Assembly: GCA_013265495.1 (NCBI GenBank)
Contig: MU058198.1
Location: forward strand, 5,409,779-5,473,778
Direction of reading: 5' to 3'
Length of the DNA stretch: 64,000 nucleotides
Source: Vicugna vicugna
Lineage: Eukaryota
Part shown: positions 50,161 through 62,940 of the stretch, in pieces
How positions within the stretch are numbered: position 1 is the stretch's first letter
Layout of the letters: each line of letters opens with the position of its first letter
Notes under the pieces: model-generated
Database searches by the model: none
What the model was told of the DNA's origin: nothing
The model's input: only the letters and a program-made list of their open reading frames with translations
Translations under genes and position numbers: made by a program

Positions 50161-51189
50161 ATACGTAAGTACACAATTTATTGTCACACTACCCAAAATT
50201 ACTCCCTGCTTACTACAGAAAGTGGTATCTAGAGAAAAATAATGCATGAGCTCAGACTTCCCTGGATTTTTTTTTAAAAGATCCTCAACCCATCAAAATC
50301 AGCCCCGATGCCCTTCTATAATGTATGACGACAAGCAAAATGATGGCGAATTAAATGTTTAATTAATGTTTATGATTGCCACCATATTAGCTTGCAGTCA
50401 AATTTATGATCCAATAGATTTGCCATCTTTATAAGTGACAGGTTGATGTTTTGGCACCGGGGGCTTTGGCGTACGTTGGAGTCCCGTGCGTTTCTGCCCT
50501 TTTCTAGCTCCTCTGTGAGGGAGCAGCCCTGCATGGTGAGAGAGCCAAGAGACCACTCATCCATTCGTCCCCTTAAGCCTGATTGAACCCACCGTCCAGC
50601 AAACAATGCCAGGTCTGCAATGAGCAGACCGGGAGTGAGTGAATACGCGCATGCGTTTATTCATTTAACGGACTTTTATTTTTGTCTCCAGCATGTACGC
50701 CGTGTTGCGTTAGGTGGTGAATAAAACAGAACTGGAAATAAAAAGTGCGGGTCTGGTTCCGACTCTGGACTCTCACAAAGTTCACGCAGTGAGTAAGCAA
50801 CAGTGGCAGACAGGACCCCTGCTAACCTAAGCAAACCTGTGTGGCTCTTTCTCATAGACAGGCTCTCCTTGCCTTCATCCCTACTCATTCTTCTCATTCC
50901 TCACCCCTGAATTTAATCCATCAGCAAGAACTGACGGCCCTGCCTCTAAAATACACCCGGAGCCCATCTACTCATCTCCTGCTCCACCGCCCCGCCTCTC
51001 GTCTCTCATCTGAGTGCTCACAGCCCTCTCCTGCTCTCCCACTGCTCTTAGACTACGATCAAGTCTCTCATCACAGCCCACAGATCCTTGCCTGGCTCTC
51101 CAACCTCACCCTCATCTCTCCACAACCCTGCGTTAGGCACCCTTTTCCTCCCCACTAGGAAAGCTGCTTTCATTTCACTCATTAAAAGG

Positions 51190-51670
51190 CAGATGTAAGA
51201 ATGTCTCAAGCTACAGACAACACGAAATCTCGATCAAGGAAAATTAGCTATTTCCCATAGCTGAGTCGGGTCATAGGGCCATGCCAGAACCAACAAAAAC
51301 CCAGGTTCCTTCTGCATTCTGATTATCCAGTCTCAAATATGGCTTTCACTAGCTCCCTCAGAGCATAAGATGGCTGCCACGGTTCCAAGCATTCCACTTT
51401 CCCCCATGTGTCTCTTTCTGTCTGAGAGGAGAACCGTCCCAGAAACCCCTCTATACTTCCCTTCACATCTTATTGGGCAGAACTGGGTCACATGTCTATT
51501 CCTAAACTGATCCCCAGCAATGGGTAGGACAACCTTGATTACCTTGGACTGTTTAGAATTTAACCCCACTTGATGATGGGGAGAGGCTGACATCCATACA
51601 GAACTGGGGTTCTGCCAAAATGGAAGAAGGAGAACAGTTCTGTGGGGGGATAACCAACCTGCCTGCCCCA
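51190..51670 (-). mobile_element. Old MLT1-family LTR (MLT1K-like)
   Basis: aagatggctgcc...tcttattgggcagaactgggtcacatg...ggggttctgcca. Confidence 0.65.
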
Positions 51671-51694
51671 ACCAGGAGCTGGGCTGTGGCGCAT

Positions 51695-51900
51695 GCTGGG
51701 TTTCAGCCCCAGTTCTGCCATGTGGTTGCCATGAGATGCGTGGTAAGTCCTCTTGCTTCTCAATGTCTCAGTTTCTTCATCTATAAAGTGAGGTTGGCTG
51801 TAGGATTTACCTGAAGGTTTTTGTTAAGATTAATGAGTTAACGCACATAAAAGAACTTAGAGTTGTGTCTGGCAGGTAGTAAGGGGTAGCTGATGTTATT
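51695..51900 (+). mobile_element. MIR SINE
   Basis: ctcagtttcttcatctataaagtgagg...aagattaatgagttaacgcacataaaagaacttagag. Confidence 0.8.
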
Positions 51901-52113
51901 CTGTACGAAAACTCGGTTTAAGGGGAAAGGCCTGTTCTTAGTTTCATCACCAGAAACAAGAAAAGAGGTTTTAAGTACTTTTCACTGGGGACGTATGTCT
52001 TCACAACAGCTTTAGATGTGGGTGATGGTATCTGCTGACTTCTAGTCTTGGGCTTGTTCTTCTGAATAATGCTTCCAAGTCAAGAGAAGCATTTTATTCA
52101 CCTAGAGGGCTGG

Positions 52114-54505
52114 TGTCTTACTTTGGCTGCTATGACAAAAACACTATAGACTGGGTGACTTACACAACAAATATTTATTTCTCACTGTTCTGGAGGCTGG
52201 CAAGTCCAAGATCACGGTGCTAGTAGATGCAGTTTCCAGTGAGGGCTTGCTTTCTGGTTCATGGATGGCTATCCCCTCACTGTGTCCTTTCATGGTGGAA
52301 GAGGTAAGAAAGCTCTTTGGGATCGCCTTGGATAAGGGCATTAATCTCATTCATGAGGGCTCCACCCTTAAGACATAATCACCTCCCAAAGTCCCAGTTC
52401 CAAATATCATCACACTGGGATTTAGGTTCAACACAGAAATTTTGGAGGAACACAAGTGTTCAGTCTATAGTATTCTAGCCCTGGGGCCCCAAAATTTATG
52501 CTCTTCTCACTTGCAAAATAAATGCATTCATTCTATCTGAATAACCCCCAAATCTTAACTCATTCCAATGTCAACTTTAAAGTCTAAGTCCAAAGTCTCA
52601 TTTACATATCATCTAGAAGTGTATTACAGATTATATAGCACTATTAAAATGCCTGATACATAATAGATATTTAATAAACATTTACTGAATTAAATCATAT
52701 AAATAAATAAATATATCTAAATCATGGGTGAGACAACAGGTATGATTCACCCTGAGGCAAATTCCTCTCCAGCTGTGAACCTGTGAAACTCAACAAGTTA
52801 TGTGCTTCCAAAATATTAGGATGGGACAAGCATGGGATGGGCATCCCCATTCCAAAGGAGAGGAAAAAAGGAGGAAAAAAAAAAAAAAGAGTGACAGATT
52901 CCTGGTAAGTCTAAAACCTAATGGAGTAAATTCCACTGGACCTTTAAGGCTCAAGAATAACCCTCTTTGGCCCACTGCTCCAGCTTCTAGGACCACCAGG
53001 GTGGCACTGTTACCCCACGGTCCCAGAGGCTCTCTGCCTGAGTACCACTCCTAAGATGGTTCTCTGTGGTAGCCCCCTCCCCATGGTGGCTCCAGGCAAC
53101 TTCAGTCTTTGAAACCTGGATGGATGTAACCATGTCCCAGGTCTACGCACTCTGCTTGCAGGCAAAGATGGTGCCTCACAGACACTGCCAATATTTGCTG
53201 CCTGAACTCTCTGAAGGGTTAACCACCCCAGACCAAGCCACACGTGGGAAGGCCAAGAAATGTGTCACTGGAGTGCAGGGAGCAGAGCCCACAACGTGAC
53301 ATCGTGCCAGGCAGTGCACAGTGAGGTCCTGCAGGTGCCAGCCCCTCCTTTGGAACTGCTCTGTCCTCACTGAGCCCTTGCCTTTTGGCCCTGTTTTGGA
53401 GTCGCATCCCCTTTGATCTGTGAATGGCTTTCAGGGTCATCTTTCCACTGTCTTGGCGAATAGCTCCTGGCTTCTGTTGAGATGGCTGAACCCTACTAAT
53501 CACCCTATCAAATGGTCCTTGGCTACACCCTTACCGTTTTTCCCACCAAGTTTTCTCATTTTTTACAGCACAGATAGGCTGAGAATTTTCCCAATATTTA
53601 AGTTCTGCTTTCTTCTTCTTCTTCTTCTTTTTTTTTTTGGCTAAAAAAAAATCCATCTTTAAATCATTTCTCTCTTCTCACATTTTACTATAGGCAGTCG
53701 AGAGGAGCCAAGCTATGCCTTCAATACTTTGCTTAGAAATTTCTCCAGCTAAATATCTAATTTCATCTCTTGCCAGTTCTACCTTCCATAAAACACTAGA
53801 ACAAGTCAGCTATGTTCTTTGCTACTTTATAATAAGGATAACCTTTCCTCCAGTTTCCAATAACATGTTCCTTATTTCCATCTGAGACCTCATCAAAATG
53901 GCCTTTACCTCCATATTTCTACCAATATTTTTCTTTCAGGATTACTTAGGTATTCTCTACAGCTCTCCTTTTTGCTTTCTGAGTTCTCACCAGAATTGCC
54001 CTTTATGGTCCATTCACGGCAATGTAGACTTTTTCTAGGACGTAACTCAAAACCCTTCCAGCCTCTACCCACTGCAAAGTTCCAAAGCCGCTTCCACATT
54101 TTTTTGATATTTGTTGCAGCAGCCGCCTACTCCCAGTACCAATTTCTGTCTTAGTCTGTTCGGGCTGCTATAACAAAAATATTATAAATTGGGTGGCTTC
54201 AGCAACAAACAGTTATTTCCCATAGTTCTGGAAATCTGCAAAGTCCAAGATCTAGACACTGGCAGATTCAATGTCTTATGAGAAACTTCTGCCTGGTTTA
54301 TAAAAAACCGCTTCTTACGTGAGCACACAGAAAGCGTGAGGGAGCTCTGTGGGGTCGCTTTTCTAAAGGCATTAATCCCATTCATGAGGGTCCCCCACTT
54401 ATGGCACAATCACCTCCCAAAGGCCCCACCTCCAAATACCATCACACTGAGGATCAGGATTCAACACATGAATTTTGGAGAGACACAAGCATTCAGTCCT
54501 TAGCA
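52114..54505 (-). mobile_element. MaLR element with both LTRs and internal region (MLT1A-type; 3' LTR 52114-52472, 5' LTR 54147-54505)
   Basis: Two similar ~360-bp LTRs in the same orientation. Internal-region junctions are ttctagccctggggcccc (after the left LTR) and cagtaccaatttc (before the right LTR). The minus-strand frame MWKRLWNFAVGRGWKGFE is MaLR-internal-like. Confidence 0.9.
52616..52710 (+). other. ~95-bp insertion in the MaLR internal region resembling a retroposed polyadenylated RNA 3' end
   Basis: AATAAA at 52673-52678, an A-rich tail from 52701, and flanking near-duplication acatatcatcta / aaatatatcta. Confidence 0.5.
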
Positions 54506-55094
54506 CGGGGAAGGGAGAGACATCCTTGACTTGACCTGGCCAGCCCATAGGAGCCACAGACCATCCATTAGCTCTGGGTCTTTCAAGGTCAGAGAAGTTG
54601 AGAAACTCTCCCAAGTGGGCAAAGAGCAGGAAACTCTGGGCAGGTGGGAGATGCTCGGGGAGAACAGACTGGCCAGAGGACACTCCACAGACTAGGGAGG
54701 GAGAGGCCCGTGAAGTTCCGAGCTTTGACTTCTGGGCAGAGGTTTGTAAAGAGTAAAACCAGCTATCACGTACCAAGACACTTTCTCATTGCTAGACACT
54801 CAAGTAAGTAACTCCCCATATTAACTCATCCAATTATTCCAACAGCTCTGGCCACAACCCCACAGAGAAGGAGAGGGGTGAGAGACAACACCAAGACACT
54901 GGACTCAAGCTCCAATCCAGAGCCACCTGATTCCAACATGCCTGCCTCCAGAACCCGAAGGACTGGGAGAGCTGCCAGGCCTCACCTTCTCTGTCTCCAT
55001 CACGAGCTTCCTGGCTGCCAGGTAAACACATCAGACCCCTAGCCTGAGTCACTTCAGGAGCTCTTGAATTAACTTTAAATCAGAAGCCCACAGT

Positions 55095-55810
55095 GGGACT
55101 TTTAGAACGATGGAGTAGGGAGCTCAGCGGGCTCACTTCCCAGTAAAACAATTGCAAGGGTAAAAAAAATTTTTTCACGTCATCCAAACTGTCCAGAAAT
55201 TATCCTAAGGGCATGCAGCAAATGGAGAAATATTCACTCAAGAAAATCCACTAAATCGGCATAAGAGTCTGTAGCGTTTAAGCCATGATCCACTCCATTA
55301 CCCCCCAGCACCTACCGCCACATCACAGAGCTGCGCAGCCGGGACGACAGGGGCTCCCTCTCCCTCCAGCTGCCAGTTTGGGGAAGGTTGCTGACATTTC
55401 TCATCTCCCTGCGTCCCATATTGCTGGCATAGCTGAGAGGATCGAGTGTCTCATTCCCCACCCAGTCCCCCCTCACATGGCGGAAGCTCTACGGCAGGCA
55501 CAGCAGGCAGAGAGTACTGGACTTTAACGTCCCCTGCCCCAGCTCCCTCTGAGGGACCACACCAGGAGGGACAAGCCAAAAAGACCAGGCACTGCCACCC
55601 TTCTCCAGCTCCCACTCACAGAGTGTGGGTGTCCCTCCTCTTCGAGAAGAGCAGTTGGAGGACACCCAGCTCAGTGCACTGGGTTCATACTGGGGAGGGA
55701 TACAGGCCGTAAGGACAAAGAGACTTACTGCTTTGCCTGATAGGATGTTCTTTATTTAGAATAAAAGATAGAGAACTCCACGCCTAAAGGCATCATCAAA
55801 AACCTGGAGA
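55095..55810 (+). mobile_element. Old L1 5'-end-like region
   Basis: ggacttttagaacgatggagtaggg...gcagcaaatggagaaatattcactcaagaaaatc resembles the 5' ends of ancestral mammalian L1s. Confidence 0.5.
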
Positions 55811-55814
55811 TTTT

Positions 55815-58300
55815 CATATGATCATCTCAATAGATGCAGAAAAAGCATTTGACAAAATATAACATCCTTTCACGATTAAAACCCTCAACAAATTGGGCAT
55901 AGAAGAAACATACCTCAACAGAGCAAAGGCCATATACAGCAAACCCACAGCTAACATTGTGCTCAACAGTGAAACACTGAATACTTTTCCTCTAAGATCA
56001 AAAGAAGACAAGGTACTGACTCTTATCACTCTTATTAAACATAGTACTGAAAGTCTAATTAAAGCAGTTAGGCAAGACGAAGATATAAAAGGTGCCCAAA
56101 CCGAAAAGAAAAATGTAAAATTGCCATAATTTGCAGAAGTATGATCTTTATATTCAGAAAATCCTAAAGACTCAAATTAAAAACTTGCAACTAATCAATG
56201 GATTTTAAAAAGTTGCAGGATATAAAATCAACATACAGAAACCTGGGGTGTTTCTATACCTTAACAATGAAACATCTGAAAAGAAATAAAGAAAACTATC
56301 TCATTCATAATAGCATCAAAAATAAAACAAAACAAAAATACTCAGGAGTACATTTAACCAAGGAAGTGAAAATTTCTGTACAATGAAAACTATAAGAGAT
56401 TTATGAAAGAAATTGAATGAAACAAATTTCTTTCGTAAGTGGAAAGATATCCCATGTTTGTGAACCAGAAGAATTAGTATTGGTAAAATAGCCATAGTAC
56501 CTGAAACAAGCTACAAATTTGATGCACTTTCTATCAAAATTCCAATGGCATTTTTCACAAAAACAGAACAATCCTAACATGTGTACGGAATCACAAAAGA
56601 CCCCAAATAGTCAAAGCAATCTTGAGAAATAAGAACAAAGCTGGAGGTATCATGCTACACGCCCTGATTTCAAACTATACTACAAAGCCACAGTAATTAA
56701 AACAGTACGGTACTGACTTAAAAATAGACATAGGTCAATGGAACAGAATAGAGAGTTCAGAAAAAAAAGCGTAACATATAGGTTGACTAACATATGATAA
56801 AGCAGCCAAGAACATTAAGTGGGGAAAGGAGAGTCTCTTCAAAAATGGTGTTGGGAAAATTGGATAGCCACATGAAGAAAAACGAAACTGGAGCCATATC
56901 TCACTTCACTTACAAAAATAACGCTAAATGGATTAAAGACTTAAACATAAGACCTGATTCATAAAACTCCTCCAAGAAAACAAAGGGGAGAAGCTTTCTG
57001 ACATTGGTTTAAGTAATGGTTTTTTGGATATAACACCAAGAGCACAGCAAACGAAAACAAAAATCAACAAGTGGGACTACATCAAATTAAAATCTTCTGC
57101 CCAGCAAAGAAAACCATCAACAAAATAAAAAGGCAACCTACAGAATAGTAGAAAACAATTCCAAACCACATATTGTATAAGGGGTTAACATCCAAAGTAT
57201 GTAAGAACTCATGCAACTCAATAACAGCAACAAAACAATTCAATAACTTAAAAAATGAGCAGAGGAACTAAATAGACACTTTCCCAAAGAAGACATGCAA
57301 GTGGTCAACAGGTACATGAAAAGATGCTCAACATCACTAACATCAGGGAAATGCAAATCAAAATCACAGTGAGCTGTCACCTCACACTTGTTACAATGGC
57401 TTTCATCAAGAAGACAAATGAAAACAAGTGTTGGCGAGGATGTGGAGATAAGGGAAACCTTCCTTGTGCACTGTTGGTGGGAATGTAAATTGGTACAGTC
57501 ACTATGGAAAACTGTATGGAGGTTACTTAAGGAATTAAAAATATAATTTCCATATGATCCAGGATTTCCACTTCTGGGTATTTATCCAAAGGCAATGAAA
57601 TGAAATCAGTATCTGGAGAGATATCTGTACCCCTGTGTTCATCAGCATTCACGATAGCCAAGATAGGAAAACAACCTAAGTGTCCATCAGTGGAAGAATA
57701 GAGATTAAGAAAATGGGACATATGTTATATTCTATATTATTGACAAATGACTTGTATAGATAGATCAGGGACGTAATGGGATATAAGCAAGCCTTTAAGA
57801 AGAAGGAAAGAAGGATATCCTGCCATTGTAACAACCCGAGTGAGATCGGAGGACAATCTTCTAAATGAAACAAGCCAGACCCAGAAAATCAAATGCTGCC
57901 TGATCTCACTTATATGTGGAATCTGAAAGAGTCAAACTCGGAAAAGCAGAATATAAAATGGTGGCTGCAGGATGCAGGAGGCGGCAGAAATGGAGGAGAG
58001 ACGTCGGTCGAAGTTTACAAAGGTTCACTTTGTAGGATGATTAAGTTCTAGAGAGCTAATGTATACGTGGTGCCTATACTTAATAATGTTGTACTGCATG
58101 TTTGAAATTTGCTAGGAAAGCTACCTTAAGTATTCTCAGCACACACAAGAAATCCCATGTAAGTGACAGATATGTTAATTACCTTAACCATGGTAACCAT
58201 TTCACAATGTATACATATATCAAAACATCATGTTGTACATCTTCAGTGTATATAATTTTTATTTGTTAATTATACTTCAATAAAGCTGGAAAAATAAATT
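55815..58300 (+). mobile_element. L1 (L1MA-type) ORF2 3' half and 3' UTR, degenerate
   Basis: HMIISIDAEKAFDKI*HPF...LNKLGIEETYLN...KPTANIVLN are RT motifs. There are many stops and frameshifts. The 3' end is tatacttcaataaagctggaaaaa. Confidence 0.95.
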
Positions 58301-58319
58301 AATTGATTTTTTTAAAAAC

Positions 58320-59445
58320 AAGTGACATAAAAAAAGAGCTGAAGCTGTGAAACTCTAAGAAGAATATACAGAAGTAAATCTTCATGACTTTTTTTAGGCA
58401 ATGTTTTCCTAGATATGACAACAAAATCACAAGTGATAAAAAAAATGAAATTAGCCTCCATGAAAACTAAAACTTCTGTGCTGCAAATGATACCATCAAG
58501 AAGGTGAAAAGATAACCCAGAAAATATCTGAAATGCATACAGCTGACAAGGAACTTCTATCCAGAATATATATTCTTATGACTTAATTAGTAAAAAGACC
58601 AATGACCCAATTAAAAGATTTGAATAGACAAAGGATATACACAAATGGCCAATAAACCATGTCATTACTCATTGGAAAAATGCAATTCAAAACCACAATG
58701 AGATATCACTTCACATACAGTAGGATGACTATAGTTAAAAAAAAAGAAAAGATGGACAATAACAAGTGTTAGCAAGGATGCAGAGATACTGGAAACCACA
58801 GCCACTGCTGGTGGAAAATGTTAGATGGTGTGGTGCTTTGGAACAGTCTGGCAGTCCCTCAGAGAGTGACCACAGAGGTACATATGATTTAGTAATTCCA
58901 TCCCTAGCTATATACCTAAGAGAAATAAAACAAAAAGACACGTACATTAATGTCCAAAGGAGCATTATTCATAATAGTCAAAAGAGAGAAACAACCAAAT
59001 GTTCATCAACTGATTAATGGGTAAATAAAACATGACATTTTCATACAATGGGAAAGTATTTGGCAATAAGAAGAAATGAAGTTCCAATACATGCTACAAC
59101 ATGGATGATCCCTGCAAACATTGTAAGCGAAAGAAGCCGATCATAAAAGATGAATTTTGTATGATTTCGTTTACGTGAAATTTCCACAAGAGGCAAATCT
59201 GTAGACACAGAAACTAGATTGACAGTTGCTTAAAGGCTGGATGGCCGGCAAGGTAGGAGTGGAATGGGTATTGACTGCTAATGGTGTGGGGTATTTTTAG
59301 AGGGGATGAAAATGTTCTAAACATCTATTATTACGATAGTTGCAAACCCTATGAATATACTAAAAAACATTAAATCATTCCCTTTAAGTGGGTGAATTAT
59401 ATGATATGTAAATTACATCTTATTAAAAATGCTTTAAAAAAAATT
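58320..59445 (+). mobile_element. Older L1 (L1MB/ME-type) 3' fragment
   Basis: aaacttctgtgctgcaaatgataccatcaag...acatgctacaacatggatga...ggggatgaaaatgttctaaa...gggtgaattatatgatatgtaaattacatct. Confidence 0.85.
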
Positions 59446-60724
59446 AGGAGCCACAAATGTATTGTTGGGAAGACGCATGGCTTGTGTCTGAAATGCCTCG
59501 TGCCATGCACAGCGTAGCGCACACCCTTAACACAGAATCAGTATTGTGCTTAGAACACTCTCAAAAGTACTGTTGTGAGGACTGAAGGAAGTAGTGTCAC
59601 TCAGGTGCTAAGGATTTGTTTTTTCAGCCCCTGAAAAACAATATGATGATGCCTGGGGGAGAGGGCTGGCCACCTGCATCTGCATGTGCAGTGGCTCCTG
59701 GGGACTTTGCCTCCAGTGACACCCCAACCTCCTTGACCTCCTCCCTGGGGAAGCTTTAAGTCAATTCAGGGGCGAGGAGAATGATGAGGGACTCTGCTTG
59801 CATCTTCATCTTAGAGGGGCCCCCGTGAGTGGGTGATATCTCAGCTGAGACGTGAGTGATGATCACGAGTTGGCCAGACAAAGGGCTGGCGGGAGGTGGG
59901 ACACGGAGGCCCATTTAAGGAAGTGGGGAAAGTTCAGCCCAGCTGAAAGGCAGGCGCATGGAGGGCAGCTGTGGTCCGTGTCTGGTGGCAGCTTCCTTCC
60001 CAGGATTCTAAGAATGCAAAAATCTAAGACCCCATAATTCTCAGCCTCTATGATTCAACAGCTCTCCATTATCAGTATTCTCTGAATTGAGTTTCCAAGA
60101 GTCCATGAACACACTTTTCCAAACCTCTGGCTGGCAGGCACAGTGTGTCTACGTCTTGCTTCTCCTGCAGCCTAGCCCTGCCCTGGATTATTCCTCTGCT
60201 GGTATAGACAAGGCTAAAGAGAAGTATTTGGAAGAAAACGCTCATTTGCATTTGATCTGAGATCTGCCTCCCAATTAGACCCTGTGTTCTGTTCTGCTCC
60301 AAGAAAAGAGACAAAAGAAAATGCAGACAAGGGGCCCTGCTTAAACTAATGAGTAATCTCGGTGGGCAGAGTTAATGCCAAGTCCCGTTCGGCTGCCAGG
60401 CCATCACCAGCATGGGGTGAACACGCAGACTAATTTACGTGGAATAAAAACACATTTTTACACGGTGTCCTGACACCAAGACAGGCGTTTCCTCCCCACA
60501 AAACAAGCCCAATTATCATGGTATGCTCTGTGGCCTTTTCTGCTCTGTTGAAAGAGTTGCAGATTCTCTTAACACTTTATAGCACCAAAAAGAGCAAAAA
60601 GAAGGAGGGTGCAAATGGAGCATTATGGGAGAGAAGACAGGTGAGTCTGGAGTTGTATCCACCCAGCTTGATGCCAAGAGCTTGGGCATCACAGTCAGAG
60701 TTTTTTTATTTTCTGAATGATTAA

Positions 60725-61243
60725 CTTAATTTAGTTAATTTATTTTTATTAAAGTATAGACATTTTACAATATTCTATTCATTTCAGGTATAGAACCTAG
60801 TGATTCAGTATTTTTACAGATTATACTCCATTAAAAGTTATTACAAGATAATGGTTATTATTCCCTGCGCTATACAATATATCTTTGCATCTTATCTATT
60901 TTATGCGTAGTAGTTTGTATCTCTTAATCCCATCCCCCTAACTTGTCTTCCCCCCTCCCTCTGGGAACCACTAGTTTGTTTTCTATGTCTGTGAGTCTGT
61001 TTCTACTTTGCATATACATTCATTTGTATTATTTTTTAGATTCCACATATAAGTGATATCATACAGCATTTGTATTTTTCAGTCTGCCTTACCGAATAAA
61101 TATATCAGGGAAAAAACCAAAGATGCTAATTTGAAAAGATACATGCACCCCAATGGTCACAGCAGAATGATTTACAGTAGCCAAATATGGAAGCAACCCA
61201 AGTGCCCACCAACAGATGAATGGACAAAGAAGATGTGAGAGAC

Positions 61244-61275
<32 letters not shown>

Positions 61276-61424
61276 ATATATACATATACACACTAATTCA
61301 GACACACACACATGCATACACACACAATGGAACACTACTCCGCCATAAAAAGAATGAAATTCTGTCATTTGCAGCAACATGGATAGACACAGAGAGTATT
61401 ACACAAAGTGATGTAAGTCAGACT
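60725..61424 (-). mobile_element. L1 3' end with 5' inversion (minus ~60725-61092, plus ~61098-61424)
   Basis: The minus segment ends at agtctgccttac. The plus segment (gaaaagatacatgcaccccaatg...) ends at gtaagtcagact, which is the same L1 position. Confidence 0.8.
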
Positions 61425-61873
61425 GGAACCAGAGTGTCTGACCCAGAAACTGCTCACATACTCAGTGCCTCAGGGGCCCCACCAGTAAAATGGTGGCAAA
61501 GAGTCTACCTCGAGGGCCATTGTTCCAGGTGGATGAGTTCATGCAGGTGATGTGCTTAGGCTGGTGGCTGACACACACTGTTGGCTATTTTTATTAAATA
61601 GAGGCCAGAGAACATTGGACTACAGATGACATATGGAGTGTGGTGGAATTATCCAATGAATGATGCTTACCGATGTAAAGGTCTTAAGCAGGCAATGAGT
61701 TAAACAGTTAAGACTGGCCTTGCTGACGTGCGGGGCAACTGTCAGGGACAAGAGTGAAAGAGCGTGGTGTGATGAGGAAATGGCGGATCATTTACTACAA
61801 AAAAGCATAAGGTCCAGGAGGCCTGGGGCACAGCAAAGAACAGCCAGTGAAAGTGGAAATGTGGGTTATGCAT

Positions 61874-62387
61874 TGTCTTTGTCTGTTCTGGCTGCTGTGA
61901 CAAAGCACCATAGACTGGGCAGCTCATAAAAAACAAAATTTACTTCTCACAGTTCTGGAGGCTGGAGTCCAAGATCAGGGGGTTAGCGTGGCCAGGTTCT
62001 GGAGAGGAACCTCTCCCCAATTGCAGATTGTAATGTTGTCATTGTGTCCTCACATGTTGGAGTGAGAGCAAGAAAGCTCCCTAAAGTCCCTTTTATTTAT
62101 TTATTTTTGGGGGAGGTGGAGGATGTAATTAGGTTTATTTATTTATTTTTTTAATGGAGGCACCAGGGATTGATCCCAGGACCTCATGCATGCTAAGCAC
62201 AGCACTCTACCACTGAGCTATACCCTCCTCCCACCAATCCCTTTTATAAAGGCACTAATCTCATTCCTGGGGGCTCCACCCTCATGACCTAATCACCTCC
62301 CAAAGGCCCCACCCCCAGGACCATTACCCTGGGGAACAGATTTCAACATAAAATTTTTGAGGGGACACAAATATCCAGTCCATTGCA
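61874..62387 (-). mobile_element. MLT1A-type MaLR solo LTR
   Basis: tgtctttgtctgttctggctgctg...acagttctggaggctggagtccaagatcagg...ggggacacaaatatccagtccattgca. Confidence 0.85.
62097..62237 (-). mobile_element. tRNA-derived camelid SINE (vic-1 type) nested in the MLT1A LTR
   Basis: The reverse complement reads GGAGGGTATAGCTCAGTGGTAGAGTG...AGGTCCTGGGATCAATCCCTGGTGCCTCC. There is a perfect 10-bp TSD tcccttttat (62087-62096 / 62238-62247). Confidence 0.9.
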
Positions 62388-62599
62388 AGGGAAATCACCA
62401 AGGATTTTTTTGAACAAAGTTAAGTAATTAATTATGCTTTTTTCCCCAAGTGTCAGAAACACAACTCAAATTGGCTTAAGCAAAATATATAGGCTCATGG
62501 GGTTGGGTCTTCCTTTGGTAAAGCTAGCTCTAGACTAAATTAGACAGGATTTGCTCCGGAGAAGCTAAACTAGCTAGGCTAGAATCCTGCTCAAGTGAT

Positions 62600-62940
62600 T
62601 TCTTCAGGACATCATTCTCTCCATCCCTTGAGTCTGCTATTCTCCAAGTTGGCTTCACTTAGCACCAGGAGCTCCCCACCTGGTGACAAAGATGGCCACC
62701 AACAGTCATAGTCTCACAGCCTATCAGGAAAGCCATGCTGAGGGGAGGGAGCATGTCAGGGTTCAGTCTCATTGGCCTGCTTTGAGTCAAGTGGGCACCC
62801 CCGAACCAATCACTGAGGCTGGGGTGGGATGATCTGATCTCTGATTGGTCAGACCTGATCACGTGCCTATTACTGGTGGGGAGGGGCGGGGGAGTGATGA
62901 AATTATGGCCAGGGAGCAGGAAAGGGATAGTTCTCCACAA
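62600..62940 (-). mobile_element. Old MLT1-family LTR fragment
   Basis: aagatggccacc...ctcattggcc...ccgaaccaatcactg...tctgattggtcagacctgatcacgtgcc. Confidence 0.6.

Noticed and set aside
50645..50656. NRF1-like CGCGCATGCG palindrome
   Set aside because: It is isolated, an incomplete match, and sits in low-complexity L2-end-like sequence without a CpG island.
55815..57700. Reverse-transcriptase-like ORF pieces as a CDS
   Set aside because: This is degenerate L1 ORF2 with multiple stops and frameshifts.
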